Below are positions 26,308 through 38,650 of a DNA stretch of 64,000 nucleotides, piece after piece. This DNA comes from the human T2T-CHM13v2.0 reference genome, Homo sapiens, in NCBI RefSeq assembly GCF_009914755.1, contig NC_060931.1. One strand, 5' to 3'. Every line of letters starts with the position of its first letter. Position 1 is the stretch's first letter. The translations under genes and the position numbers were made by a program. The notes under the pieces were generated by a model, which was not told the DNA's origin, did not search any database, and was given only the letters and a program-made list of their open reading frames with translations.

Positions 26308-28924
26308 CCTTAACCATTAGAAATAACTAATTACAAGGAAATGGTATAAAGAATGATATAAAATATCACACATATAAAAGCCTTTAGAATACTCATGAAA
26401 AAGGTGATTACCAATTTTAAGAAGTCACCTAGTACTCTATCTCAAAAGCAACAGACCTCAAAAGATACTGTTAATTCAGTATACCAGTGTAACAGGTAAA
26501 AAACACAATAGATAACTCAAAAACAATTTATATCTCTCCTTGGATTGGGTGATTTTTTAATATAATGTTCTTTTTCATAAAATCGCACTAAAATTAATTC
26601 ACCCAGGAACATACCAAGTAGATAGAAAACGAAGAGTCTATTCATGAAGATGCTAGACAATGGAGGAACCAAAAAAGTATGCCATAATTCATTATGGTAA
26701 TTACCCACACATACAATAAAAAGGCTAGTGAAGATGCTGACTTAATTACTGTTACTTTTGGAAAAAAAAAAAAAAAAAAAAAAGCCTTAAAGAGTCAGTA
26801 TGATGTTGAAAAATAAATGGCTGTTTTCAAGTAAAAAAATAAGTTATTAACACTAAGGTTTGTTGTATACATGAAACTAAAGAGAAAGCCGTAAGTATAT
26901 GAACACGAAAACAAATTAACATAAAAAGGTGGATCCCTAAGCTCAGTAATCCGAGGATGAACTAATTAACATTATTTAGAATATAAGAGCCATGCATATA
27001 AGCATATAACTAAACTTGGTAACAATATTCAGTCTCAACATAAACCTAAAATAAAAACTTAAACCTAGCAGTCTCTAGAAACTCTTTTTTCTTATTTAAA
27101 AAAATAAATCACAATCTGTGTAAGCATCTTTCAAAAATCTTTACATGAATATTTATTCAAAATCATCCATACTGAAAATTTTATAAAAACAAAATTTACT
27201 TAGTATAGGCCATAGCTCATTTAATCCATAAAAGGTTCATTTTGACAAATTTAGAAGAAAGCAGAATATATAATATTTCAAGTTACATCTGTCCTGTTTC
27301 ATGCTACAATGCTGTTTATTTAATTTACTGAAACTTTCAAACAAAATAAATTTTACCAATTTAGAAGACATTTTAAATCCATCTTGATTCATTATAGAGG
27401 ATGTAATGACATTTTAAACGAATAAAATTATCAAGCAATGCAAATACATACAAATTATTTTAAATTTGATGTACAGATTTCTATTTTCAATACAGAAATA
27501 TGTTGAGGGTAGGAAAAATAGGAAAAACAGTACCGATATCTTATCTCTTTCTGAGGTTATTTTCCTTCTGCTTGACTTATTTCCACTGACTTCATGCAAA
27601 CTTAATATAAATCTCAAAAGAACTTTCTAGATTAGGAAGAACAATAGCACACTTCTTCCCATTTATAAATTAGGATATATACTAACAATTTCTAATAATG
27701 TTTGTCTTAACAAAATTGGAAAATACTTTGATGACAGTGAAGTACTTTCTAAAATCATGACATGATAAATATGTAATAAATGCAATGTGAAAATGAGTAA
27801 GAAATATTTCATTTATGTAATAGCCATACTTCTACTGCATTTACTACATAGCTTTCTATTAGAGCTCTTAGTATCAATTATTCTTACATTATGCCAACAG
27901 TCAAAACTCTTTTTCATTTTGCTTAAAATATTCCCCCATAGAATTCTTAGTAAAACAACCGGGCTATTACATAATGCATCTTATTACCGACACTTGAGCT
28001 TTATTATTACTAATAAGCTGTAATTTCTTGAATTTAAAAATAAAAGAACACAATCCCTATATGGCCAAAAAAAGTGATACAATTAACCCTAGCTTGAAAA
28101 CATTTATAGTAGGCCCCTGAAGCTTATATATCTTGACAGAATGGTTGCAAGAAAAAATTAAGAAGGTTAACTAGGAATGCAAACAACTAATGAAATTTTA
28201 ACTGAAAGCACAAAAGCAAAACAAAACTATAAAGTGTGTCTCTCTGAACATAAATTTTGCATGCCTTCATCTCTGTCTCTAATGCCACCATCGTATCCCT
28301 CGCCACCATTCTACTTACAGGTCTCCCACATCCACTCGTTTCCCTTGCATTCCAATTTCCATAAAGCAGTCAAATTTTTAAAATAGGATATATACAGCTT
28401 TAAAACTGCAATAACACCCCATTATTATTAGGACTAAGCACAAACACCTTCTCTAAGATCTTCCATACGGAAAGCCCTTGTGTATTTCCTCATCACCATC
28501 TATTTCACCCTCTCCCTTCCTCTTTGTTATGCAGATTCACAGGCTTTCTTTCCATTTGTCAAGTGCAAATATGCCCCTTTTACTCTCAGTGCCTCTGGAC
28601 AGACTATTCCCTCTACCAAATTTGCTTGGCATTGCCTACTCTCCATAAATTTTCCTTCTCTCCCCCCATTCACTTGACAATTCCCACTTACACATTAAAG
28701 TTCATCTAAAATGTCAATTCCACATGCCAACCTTCACTGACCCCCACCCTCTCCACTATTCCTTCAGACTAGGCCCTGTCTCCAGTTATGCATTCTGATA
28801 ATACCAAACTTTCCACTTTTTATAGCTCTTACAACCTACAGTTGAATTATTTGCTGTTAGAACATTAATCTCAGTAAGGCACAGATTGACTGTGTCTGTT
28901 TTTTTGTTTGTTCATTTTGTTTGT

Positions 28925-29085
28925 TCTTTTTCAATAGAGTCTCGCTATGTTGTCCAGGCTGGAATGCCATGACTCTTCACATGCATATTCACAGTGCAGC
29001 CTCAAACTGCTGGGCTCAAGTGATCCTCCTACCTCAGCCTTCTGAGTAGCTGGGAGTACAGGCACATAGCACTGCACTCAGCCAA
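28925..29085 (-). mobile_element. Old Alu monomer fragment (FLAM/AluJ-like) within L2-like sequence
   Basis: gagtctcgctatgttgtccaggctgg...ctcaagtgatcctcctacctcagcc. Confidence 0.8.
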
Positions 29086-30949
29086 CTGTGTTTGTTTTAT
29101 TCATAGCTGTATCCCCCAAGGAAAAGTAATGATTCAAACATTATTAGAGGCACTCAATGCATATTGATTTATTGATTCCTTTTTCAGGGTCGGAGCACTG
29201 TTTACAATGGGTGTTTGGACAATGGCAACAGGAGGCACAAACAACAATTGCTTCCTTACTCCTTAAAGTGTTAAAGTAGAATATGTACTGAGAAGCTCTT
29301 TTTGTCCCATGGCTACTTAATGCCAATCCCTTAAAAAGGCAAGTAAAGTCCCAAATATGTGGTTGAGTTTAGGATTGTAAATTGCCTCACTTGTTCCATC
29401 TATTCTAAGCAGTGTACAGCTCATCATCAGTAGCACAAAACACTACCAAAATCAAGTATTTCTGGAAAACGCACTGGACTGACACAGATGCCTTTGATTC
29501 TAACAAAAGACTCCCCCAAATGATGGGTCTTTTACTCAAATCAAAGGCATCAGTGCCAGTCTATGAAATTCAGCAAGTCACATCATTTCCCAAAGTTTGT
29601 TTTCTCTAACAACACTCATTACATCTTTGAGTCTATGATTATATTAGCTACATAAAACCACACATATACATACACAGGGATGGAGTGTATAAAAAACTGG
29701 TAATTGGGCAGTAGGTAAATTTAAACATTCGATCAAAAGAGGGAGCCATGAATATATTTCACTTTAAGTTCAATTATATAAATCTTCCTGTGTAGGAATA
29801 AGACTTTTTCTTTGGTTAAGGCTCTGCTGAGTGGTATTAACATGACCTGGGTCTTGAAAAAACTATGAACTGTTCCTACACTGCAAAACCTATGGTTTCC
29901 AGTTTCTTTAAAATGGCATGGCAATAAAGACATTTGTGAACAAATCTGCATGCAGAGTCCTTGAAGACTTTCAAATTTCATAGCTGCCTTTCGCTCACTT
30001 AATTCAATTACACTCTTCAACCAGCTGCGAGTAATTCCAAAGCAAGTGACTTGGTTTTCATAGAAACTACCTTGTCATATTCATATTTCTTCAATCTAAG
30101 TTGACTGTTAATTAAACGACCTGATTATCATAAAAAGTGTAACTGGGATATTTAGGCTCAAAAACAAATACAACTTTTATTTCAACGTGTTTGATTATCT
30201 GTCTCCTCTAAATCACCAATATTCAGGTCACACTACAGACTAATTGTATCAGATTTTCTGGAGGTGGGGTCCAGGTATCACACAACTGACTTTTGATAAG
30301 CATACAACTCCAAGGGTGGAAACAGAAGTGGATAGATGTAATACAGCCTAGTCTTAATGCTAAGGTTATCAGTCAGTACAGCATACAAAGGGAATGGAGA
30401 GCACTGGCTAACCAAACATCAGTTAAGAGAACTTTCACTGCAATAGCACAGAATAGGAACCATTTCAAAATCAGCTTAAAATTTTGTTGACGAGAACCAC
30501 ACACACAAAGACTATAGATTAAGGAATATGTCATAATTTAAAGAGGCTTCATTAAAGAGGCTACACTTAAATCTTGATGAAAGAGCAGTATTTATATGGG
30601 AGAAGAAAGGACACAGGAATGAGCAGAAGAGGGGGATGAGCATGATAAATATATATGCAAGGGTCATCTTGTAGACTTGCCTGACTAGAGGAGAGGGTGA
30701 TCGTTTGGCAGTAAAGGCGATCTTCACATTCATGGCAGAATATTTTCCTGGAAAAGGTGCCTTATGTCAAAATGATAAAAGTAAAAGCTGCTTTTTCCAC
30801 AGAAAACAATCCTATAATAAATGTTATGCTCCTGATGCCACATTAGTTTTTCAGAGAAATGACTACGAAGACCTTTTTTAAAAACAGTAAGAATGGTAGA
30901 GTATACTATATACTGCATAATGTGTAGGTATACATAGACACTATATGTA

Positions 30950-31076
30950 CAACACACACACACACACACACACACACAGAGGTCCATAGAATCTTAGTAT
31001 TTTAGAACTGAAAGGAATCTCAAGGGAAAAGGTATATACATATACACATACACAAACACACACACACACACGCACG
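30950..31076. repeat. Two (CA)n microsatellites (~30952-30978 and ~31037-31075)
   Basis: Read directly. Confidence 0.9.
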
Positions 31077-32590
31077 TTAAGAGTTGGCCTTTTTAAAGGT
31101 ATGTTAATAAGATCAATATAATAACCAATCACATAAAATTATAATAATATGTATTAATCTTCAACAAAAGGTCTTTATCTTCTATGTAAAAAAAATAGAA
31201 ATTTTTGAAAAATCATTAAAATAGAATTCCTAGTTTTCTTGGGTAGATTTTTGACAAGTAACTTTGAGTAGATTTTGAGAAAAGTTTTACTCCATTAGAA
31301 GGCCTTTTGATCAACTGACTCAGACTTTTTTTTGTTGAGAGAAAGCAACTGAGTGGCTTATCTGTGAAAGAAAAAAATTCCTTCTCCTGAGTCTCTGAAT
31401 CAGATACTAAGTCCCCCTCTTAATTCACTATTAGAAAGGATATACTACTCTTCACTCTAAATACATAATCCTTTACTTGTTTCCATCCTTCAGAGTCCTT
31501 GAAGAACTACTTTGTTAACGGTGTCAAAAACTCAGGCTGAAATTGAATTTGGGTAAAATTGTAAAGGCACAGAATTGTAAGCTTCATTTTGAATCCACTA
31601 AATCAATCCCCCCTACGTCAATTCAGTCATAAATACTACATGTTACCATAACCATCTCTCCAGAGTCTCCTTTTATCATCCACTTTAAGGATTTAGTTGT
31701 CAGTATTGATTAAAATAATGAAACTAATTTGACCTTCTTCACAAACATTCCTGAACTTAAAGTTAATGTATGAGTACCCCCTACCATAGTCCTCAAAAAT
31801 ATACGGGGAATTCTTTCATAGGAGCTAAATTAGCAACCACACAAGGAAATACAACTCATTACTTCAGGTTTACAAATCTGCCTCTGCCCCCTCTTCACTT
31901 AGCTGTATCCTCTCCAACTGTGAGCTGGAGTAGGCAAACAATTGTGTACATCTCTTCCTATTTCCATGTTCAGTGACTTCATGCTGATAGCTTAAAACTG
32001 AACGTGGTGGGAGAACTTACACTTCAGAAAACTTAAAAAAAATCAAACTCATAACACTACAGATTTATTGTTTTCAGCATTCTATAAAGAACAGCAATAG
32101 TCTGGTTGTACAAAAACTTTTTATTTCATTGATACAAGGGTTTTAATCATCGAGAAGAGATTAGTAAATGTATTTTATGTTTAGAATCAAGCATTCTTTC
32201 TGATCATTTAGAAATATATTAAAAGGTTTAAATAAATTTTGTTATCCTACTATAAGACCCCTACTAATAAAACAATAGATATGAAGAGTACTTTAATCCC
32301 AAAGTAAATTAACTCTAATTAGCAATCCTATATACTTAAAAAAAAATAACTCCCCAAATGGTATTCAAAATGTGGAGTGTGATGGAGTATGTTAGTGTGT
32401 GTTTTGGGAGGAAACATGATTGAAAAGAAATCAAGATTAGTAACAACCTGACCAGAGAATCTTACTATTTTAGAACTGAAAGGGTTCTCAAATCACTACC
32501 ACAATTCCCTGTAATTTCAGAGCCAGAATTTAAATTACATATTCTAGGAGACACAGTGAGACCAAGGTTTTGTTAAACAAAACAGGGTTC

Positions 32591-32690
32591 CAGGAAGCGG
32601 AGGTTGCAGTGAGCCGAGATTGCGCCATTGTACTCCAGCCTGGGCGACAGGGCGAGACTCTGTCTCAAAAACAAAAACAAAAACAAAAAC
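32591..32690 (+). mobile_element. 5'-truncated Alu (last ~80 nt) with (CAAAAA)n tail and TSD
   Basis: TSD aaacagggttc at 32580-32590 and 32691-32701. Confidence 0.92.
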
Positions 32691-33281
32691 AAACAGGGTT
32701 CTTAACTTTCAGTTCAGTGTTCTTTCTACTCTACCATAACAAGAAAACAAAACATCCTGATTCATAGAAGTAATAAGCAAATTGGTGGAAACGAACTTAG
32801 GCATGCAGTTTTATATGACTGTATTAAAGGAAATGGTATTTAGTGAGCTATAACACTGCTTAAGAAGTGCAGTCCTATATCCTATATTTCAATGCTTCAA
32901 AGAGATTCCAATATCCAGATGTTCTGAAGGACTTAGATCTCAGAAAATAGTAAAAAATTTACACAGAAGTACACACATAAAGTATAGTCATCATTTCAGG
33001 AGTACAAAAAACAAGACGTGAACACCTTAGTTAAGATAAAATACAGGAAAAAACATAACATGGGGCTAAGTGCACATCTTCTTAAGTATGTTAAAGTATA
33101 GAAAATTAAACTCATGATGTTAACTACTTTAGTAAACAGGAGTATTAATAAAACTACTAAAACTAAGATATAAGTCCTTCAGAACATCTGGACATTTCTT
33201 CTATAGTGAAATGTCTATTCAAATTATTTCCCCATTTTTTAATTAGGTTACTTGTCATTTTATTATTGAGTGTGCTGTTGC

Positions 33282-33611
33282 TTTTTTTAATACATACTTT
33301 TAATTCTGGGATACATGTGCTGAATGTGCACGTTTGTTACACAGGTATACACGTGCCATGGTGGCTTGCTGCACCCATCAACCTGTCACCTACATTAGGT
33401 ACTTATCCTAATGCTATCCCTCCCCTTGCCCCTCACCCCCCAAGAGGCCCCGGTGTGTGATGTTCCCCTCCCTGTGTCCATGTGTTCTCATCGTTCTCAT
33501 CTCATCACGCCACTCATGGGTGAGAACATACGGTGTTTGGTTTTCTGTTCTTGTGTTAGTTTGCTGAGAATGATGGTTTCCAGCTTCATCCATGTCCCTG
33601 CAAAGGACATG
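33282..33611 (-). mobile_element. Primate L1PA (L1PA7/8-like) 3' end
   Basis: ggtatacacgtgccatggtgg...tgttcccctccctgtgtccatgtgttctc...catgtccctgcaaaggacat. Confidence 0.9.
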
Positions 33612-33614
33612 TAC

Positions 33615-33800
33615 TCTGCTTGTTTTTATAAATATAGTTTTATTGGACAGTTATGCTCATTTATTTGCATTTTGTCCGTAGCTGCTTTTGTGCTACAATG
33701 GCAGAATTTACTAGCTGTGACAGAAATGATGTGGCCTACAAATCCTAAAATCGTTGCTGTTTGGCTCTTTAGAAAAAAGTTTGCTGATTCCTGCAACAGA
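33615..33800. mobile_element. MER58-like hAT-Charlie remnant
   Basis: gtggcctacaaatcctaaaa...tttagaaaaaagtttgctgattcctg. Confidence 0.7.
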
Positions 33801-34444
33801 CAGTTTTATAGCCATTAAAATATATAAGAAGAATTACAAATATATAGAAAATAGAATCACAACTATACAAAGTAGCATATGCTGTATGATTTTTAGCTAT
33901 ATAAAAATTGTGACTATGTATGCACAGCTAAGACATTAAAAGGAAATACACTAAAACATTAACAGTGATCTTTGGATTGTGGGTCTATGGCTGAAAATAG
34001 CTAATTCAGAAAATCTAAAGAAGAAAATTACATTTTACAAAATAGGTGTATATTACTTTACAGCCAGAAACAGAAACATTTGGTTGTCAGTAATAAAGAT
34101 ACCTAAGATGACTTTTTAAAAAGTTAATTTATTTGCCATTTTTCTTTTCTATTCTTTGTGTTCTTATGAACGAAAACATAAGAATTGTTTTTTCAACTAT
34201 AGATAACAATTTTGTATAGGCAGCCACTATCTGGAAACAAATTCTTACTACCATGGTTTGTACACGATGGAACAGTAAATACCCAATAAATTATTGTTAA
34301 TAGAGTTCCCACTTGTGACTTCCATGTTTTTTCCACACATTTTAATATGCTCCCATTGGGTCTATGAACATTTCATTTTTCATAGACACTGGGAAAAAAG
34401 TATGATTGAAAACAAACCATCTATCTGTAGAACAAATCACATAT

Positions 34445-35215
34445 CTATAGAAAATATACAAATGACCAATAAGCACATGAAAAGATGCTCGATATCACTA
34501 GCTATCAGGGAAATGCAGATTCAAACGATAATGTAATACTACTTCACACTCACTAAGATGGTAACAAAAAGACAGACAATAATAACTTAAGTGTTGGTCA
34601 AAGAGGAGCCTTCATACACTGCTGGTGGAAACGTAACAAAATACAGCCACTATGAAAAAGTTTGCAGTTCCTCAAAAGACTGATCATACAATCCAGAAAT
34701 TATATTCCTAGGTATATATCCAAGAGAAATGGAAACATTTGTCCCTCAAAAACTTGTACATGAATACTCATAGTAGCATTATTCATATGATTCAAAGACT
34801 AGAAACAACCTAAATGCCCATTTACTGATGAAAAACAAATGTGGTATGTGTTCAACGGAATATTATTCAGCAATAAAAAAGAATAAGCACTAATTTATGC
34901 CACAACATGAATGAACCTTGAAAACATAATGTTAAGTAAAAGAAACAGGAAAAAAGACCACATATATTATTTCATTCATATAAAATGCTCAGAATAGGCA
35001 AATCCATAGAGACAAAAAAAAAAAAAAAAAGATTAGTGGTTACCTAGAGCTAGAAGCTTGGGGAAACGCAGAAGTGACTGACAATGGATATAAGGTTTCT
35101 TTGTGAAGTCATTAAAATGTTCTTAAATTTATTGTGATGAAAGCTGTACAATGCTTAACTAAAGCTACTGACTTTAAGTGGGTGAACTGTATAGTTTGTG
35201 AATTGTATCAGTTAA
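34445..35215 (+). mobile_element. L1MB-type 3' end
   Basis: aagcacatgaaaagatgctc...acaacatgaatgaaccttgaaaacataatgttaagt. Confidence 0.85.
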
Positions 35216-35262
35216 TAATGAACTATTACCCCAGGTCTATTCTACAGATTATAAAAACGTTA

Positions 35263-35560
35263 GGCTGGGTGTGGTGGCTCACACCTGTAATCCCAGCACT
35301 TTGGGAGGCTGAGGCCAGTGGATTGCCTGAGCTCAGGAGCTCCAGACCAGCCTAGGCAATGTGGTGAAACCCCGTCTCTACTAGAATACAAAAAATTAGC
35401 CGGGAGTGGCAGCGTGCACCTGTAATCCCAGCTACTCAGGAATCTGAGACAGGAGAATCGCTTGAACCTGTGAGGCGGAAACTGCAGTGAGCCGAGATCG
35501 TGCCACTGCACTCCAGCCTAGGTGACAGAACAAGAGTCTGCCTCAAAACAAAAACAAAAA
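35263..35560 (+). mobile_element. AluS SINE
   Basis: Alu dimer; TSD-like aaaaacgtta / aaaaacatta. Confidence 0.93.
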
Positions 35561-36001
35561 ACATTAACTATTTCCCCTTCTTTTAAATATTTAGATAAAA
35601 TTTCTAATTTTAAATTAGTTTCTAATTGTTTTTGCTGTACTGTAATAAATATAATAACTGTCTTTCCAAGTAATGTCAGTTTTTACCCAAATTTCATATA
35701 GCAAAGAATATAAAATGGTAAAACAAAAAAAAGGATAAAACTTTGTTGCAAATGTCCACTATTTGAGTTTTGTTTGCCTTTTAACAAGTGTAGGGATATA
35801 CCATTTATTTTCATTATTTCTATGGCAAAAGGTAGTAAGAAAATTGGTAAAACTTCAAGAACACATTCCCTATCATTCCCTGTGATACTATATCATTAGT
35901 ATCACAGCCAGCGAATCCTGAAACCTATGTATCTATCCCTCCTCCCTCTACAGGAAGATCCTTCAGTTAGGAACACAGTGGCATTAGCATATACCTACTT
36001 T

Positions 36002-36320
36002 CGCTGGGGGGCACAGTGACTCACGCCTGTAATCCCAGCACTTTGGGAGGCTGAGGGGGGCGGATCATGAGGTCAGGAGTTCGAGGCCAGCCTGACCAAC
36101 ATGGTGAAACCCCGTCTCTACTAAAAATACAAAAATTAGTCGGGTGTAGTGGCGTGCGCTTATAATATCAGCTACTAAGGAGGCTGGGGCAGAAGAATTG
36201 CTTGAACCTGGGATGCAGAGGTTGCAGTGAGCCGAGATCGTGCCACTGCTCTCCACCGATCATGCCACTGCACTCCAGCCTGGGTGACAGAGTGAGACTC
36301 CGTCTCAAAAAAAAAAAGAA
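36002..36320 (+). mobile_element. AluS (Sg-like) with internal 22-bp duplication
   Basis: Alu dimer with poly-A tail. Confidence 0.93.
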
Positions 36321-36759
36321 TATATTATGTACTTTCTGCTAATCTTGGGTTAAGGGGAACAATGATGGAGGGATTTACCACCCACACTTCACTTTCAAGA
36401 TCAACAACAAGGTTGCTTGTTATAGTTTCTACTACACTATCCTTATCTTCTTTTTTAGAAATTTGCTCATACTATTCTTATTTCCTAACATGTCCTTCCT
36501 CTCTATCTATCCAAATAACCCATTCTTGAAAACCAGTTTTGGTCTCAACTCCGTTCAGGTCTTCATCAGCTACTGTGGTTCACTCTATCGCTACATGACA
36601 AACCGCTCTCAATACCACAGAAATGATTGTTTTATTTCTCTATGTTTCATGTGCCTTAATTTTGCCCTCTCCACCTCCCTTGCTCTACAAAAAAAAAAAA
36701 AAAAGAGCTAAGACAGGGTCAAAGAATCTGTGTACACAACCTAGGAACATAATAGCAAC

Positions 36760-38650
36760 AATAATAACAGAGAAGTTAACTTTACTGAACACTTACTATG
36801 TGCCAGCTTATAGAGGCACAGAGTCAAGTGATTTGCTAAAAATGTCATTTACTGGTTGGCAAATACTTTACTAAATGTTTCACCCACATCATCTCATTTT
36901 CCCCTTACAACTCTAAGTTTGCTACAAGAATTACTATTACTATTTTACAGAGACATTAAAAATTTTCTTTTCGATACACTAAAACTTAACAGTAGAGATA
37001 GAATTATAGATTTTCTGACACAGGCCAAGGCTGTCTGCATCACACTATAATATCTTATTTAGAGGGTGAATAAAAATACATGGGTTATCCAGGATTCATT
37101 CCCTAAGGCTCCCGTCTAATCCACACCCAAATTCCACAGAGAAGGAGAACTCAAGGGTGCTGGAGGAAAGTTTCCTTCCCCAAGCTGGTACTGGAATAAC
37201 AAGTACTAATACTAAATAAGATGTTATGACTACAAAGCACTCTCCCACACATGATGTCATTTAATCCTAACAACCACCTCATAAGGAGATATAAGTTATC
37301 ATCTCCAGACAAAAAATGTATGTGTTTTGTCCACTCAAGGCCAAGAGCTTAAGAAGTAATAGAGCTAAGCTCAAATCAACAGCTTCGGACTCAAAACATA
37401 CATTATTTTCTTCCCATCTTTCAAAATTAAGCACTTCATTTTACAGTGACATTCTCTAATTGTTTCTCAAAGTTGATGAATAAATACAAACACTAGAAAT
37501 CATGGGTTCTAAACATTTTCTGAGTTCATGACCCTTTAAAGAAATCAAACCTATGAAACCACTGGATAGGAAAAAAAAAAAAAACCACAGTTTTTTTCCA
37601 GGTTTGTGGGCCCCTGTTAAGAGCCCTATAAAGGACTGTAAGTTAAAGAATAGAGGTGATAGTTTTTGCTGCTATCATATGTTTCACAGTATACAGCAGA
37701 AAGCACAGAATAAGGCTTTCTGAAGTATATGAATGATTGTAAACCGACTAATCTTCCTGATATTGGCACCGGAAGTCATGGAGCCTCTAGTAAGTCATAT
37801 ATTTGTGTAGTAATAGAAAAAGGGAATGTAGGAAAGTCATTAACAGAGAAGGAACAAACCAACAATTAATGAGTTTTACTGCATGCTAAGAACTTTATTT
37901 GATACCATTTTTTAGCCTCAAAGCAGCCTCTAAAGTAGTTATTATCTGTATTGTTTTAATTTTCCAGAAATTTAAGGTAAATGGTCAAGCAAAGATATAA
38001 ATTTAGATCAGTGTAGGATGGAAAAAACCTTGCTTTTTCACTAAGCTTGATAGCACTGAATGTTTTCAAAAGAAAAAAAAACTTAATACCTACAGTGAAA
38101 AGAAAGGTGACTAGGGGATCAAAAACAGGGAAAGTATTGCAATAACAGGAAAGAAGAGCAGGAAACTAAGATAAATAACCTAGATTATAAAATATTTAAT
38201 TGGGTAGGAGAAAAAATACCAAACTTAAGAACAATTTGATTCTAACTCACTAGATAACATTAGACTAACCACTTTACCTTTCTGGACCTTAGCTTCCTCA
38301 TCAGTAAAATTATGGGTGTTGGATGGCATAAAAACTTAAATTTCTAAATTCCTTCACAATTTTCAAAACACTGTCACAGGTATTTCATTTCACTCCACTG
38401 AGCAGGGACTTTGTTTTATTCACTGCTGTATCCCCAGCATCTGGTTGGTACAAAGTATGCCCAAAATATTAGTTGAATAAGATGAATTTTGATCCTGACA
38501 ATTATCCTGAGAGGAACACAGAACAGGGCAGTTATTATTACACTTATTTTACATATGAGAAAAACCAAGGTTCAGAGTTTAAAGACACTTGCTCACAGTC
38601 CCATAGCTAGAGGTGGAGCTAGAATGCAAACTCAAGTTTTCAGATTACTA
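36760..38650. mobile_element. Cluster of MIR and L2 fragments
   Basis: actgaacacttactatgtgccag, tttacatatgagaaaaaccaaggttcagag, cttagcttcctcatcagtaaaat core motifs; individual edges unresolved. Confidence 0.6.

Noticed and set aside
29175-29290. Plus-strand acceptor-like ttcctttttcag|GGTC suggesting an antisense exon
   Set aside because: No convincing donor or partner exon, and all frames stop within ~35 codons; unsupported without transcript data.
30988-32492. Two similar ~36-nt stretches (agaatcttagtattttagaactgaaagg at ~30988; agaatcttactattttagaactgaaggg at ~32456)
   Set aside because: Both resemble the end of MIR elements, so independent insertions explain them without a local duplication.
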